From: Vicugna vicugna
Taxonomy: Eukaryota
Length of the DNA: 64,000 nt
Reading direction: 5' to 3'
Assembly (NCBI GenBank): GCA_013265495.1
Contig: MU058781.1
Span: forward strand, 2,396,158-2,460,157
Below the pieces are notes generated by a model. The model was not told the origin of the DNA and did not search any database. It worked only from the letters and a program-made list of their open reading frames with translations. Both the position numbers and the translations under genes were made by a program. Below, piece after piece: positions 63,531 through 64,000 of this stretch. Numbering within the stretch: the first letter of the stretch is position 1; every line of letters begins with the position of its first letter.

Positions 63531-64000
63531 ATATATGAATCGGACCTTATTTAACAATTGGAAATTGTACTTCATCCTCTGTCTCCTTATATTTCTATTC
63601 TGCTTCCACTGCTTCCTCCCATAGAACATTTATTTTAATATATGTTTATTTTTGAAGCTCTATGTTAATCACCAGTATTTTCTACAATAAAAATATGCAT
63701 ATAAATTGAGTGTTTAATTTTGTAATTACCTGTGAACATAAGGCTCTAAGTGTTAATTGCCTCTTGGATACAGCTATCATTACAATTGTTAGTAGTACAT
63801 AATTGGTCAAAACAACTTATCCATATTACAGATCTCTATAAATAATCATTAAAATAAATATTTTTGATTATTGGGAAAAACTCTAGGTGACTTGAATGAG
63901 GTTGGGTTATTTTCGTGTATCCATGGGTAAATATTGCTTATGATTTGAATGAGACAGGGCTTACATCAATTCTACTCATGTATTTCATGTTTCCAGATGT

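Noticed and set aside
1..64000. Intact single-ORF protein genes from the six-frame track
   Set aside because: All are at most 146 aa. Many start at TTG/GTG, lie in repeats or low-complexity DNA, and resemble no family except L1 ORF2 remnants.
1..64000. Prokaryotic systems (CRISPR array, operon, defence island, prophage)
   Set aside because: The sequence is mammalian, with very low coding density and no regularly spaced repeat-spacer array.

Overview
AT-rich, CpG-depleted mammalian genomic DNA, most likely camelid (alpaca/camel), judged from three tRNA-derived Vic-1-type SINEs, cetartiodactyl-type L1 3' ends and a MER41-like cetartiodactyl LTR. It is not prokaryotic: no operons, CRISPR arrays or rRNA are present. 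A large share of the window is interspersed repeats (L1, L2, MIR, MaLR/ERVL/ERV1 LTRs, hAT elements). Family names come from my recall of consensus sequences, not a RepeatMasker run, and boundaries are approximate unless a target-site duplication (TSD) is quoted. No intact protein-coding gene is supported, and the ORF track is noise plus L1 ORF2 remnants. The most interesting signal is in the repeat-free islands. On the minus strand, from about 55.8 kb down to about 11.8 kb, roughly 15 segments are bounded by AG/GT splice signals. Their stop- and frameshift-damaged translations repeatedly give 'LL/LR-x-x-F-x-x-W-K/R' motifs typical of SFI1-type centrin-binding repeat proteins (SFI1/C1orf167/CCDC191-like). 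This suggests a decayed multi-exon unitary pseudogene, at moderate confidence pending a homology search. A TALE/HOX-motif-dense candidate enhancer lies at about 3.2-3.7 kb.
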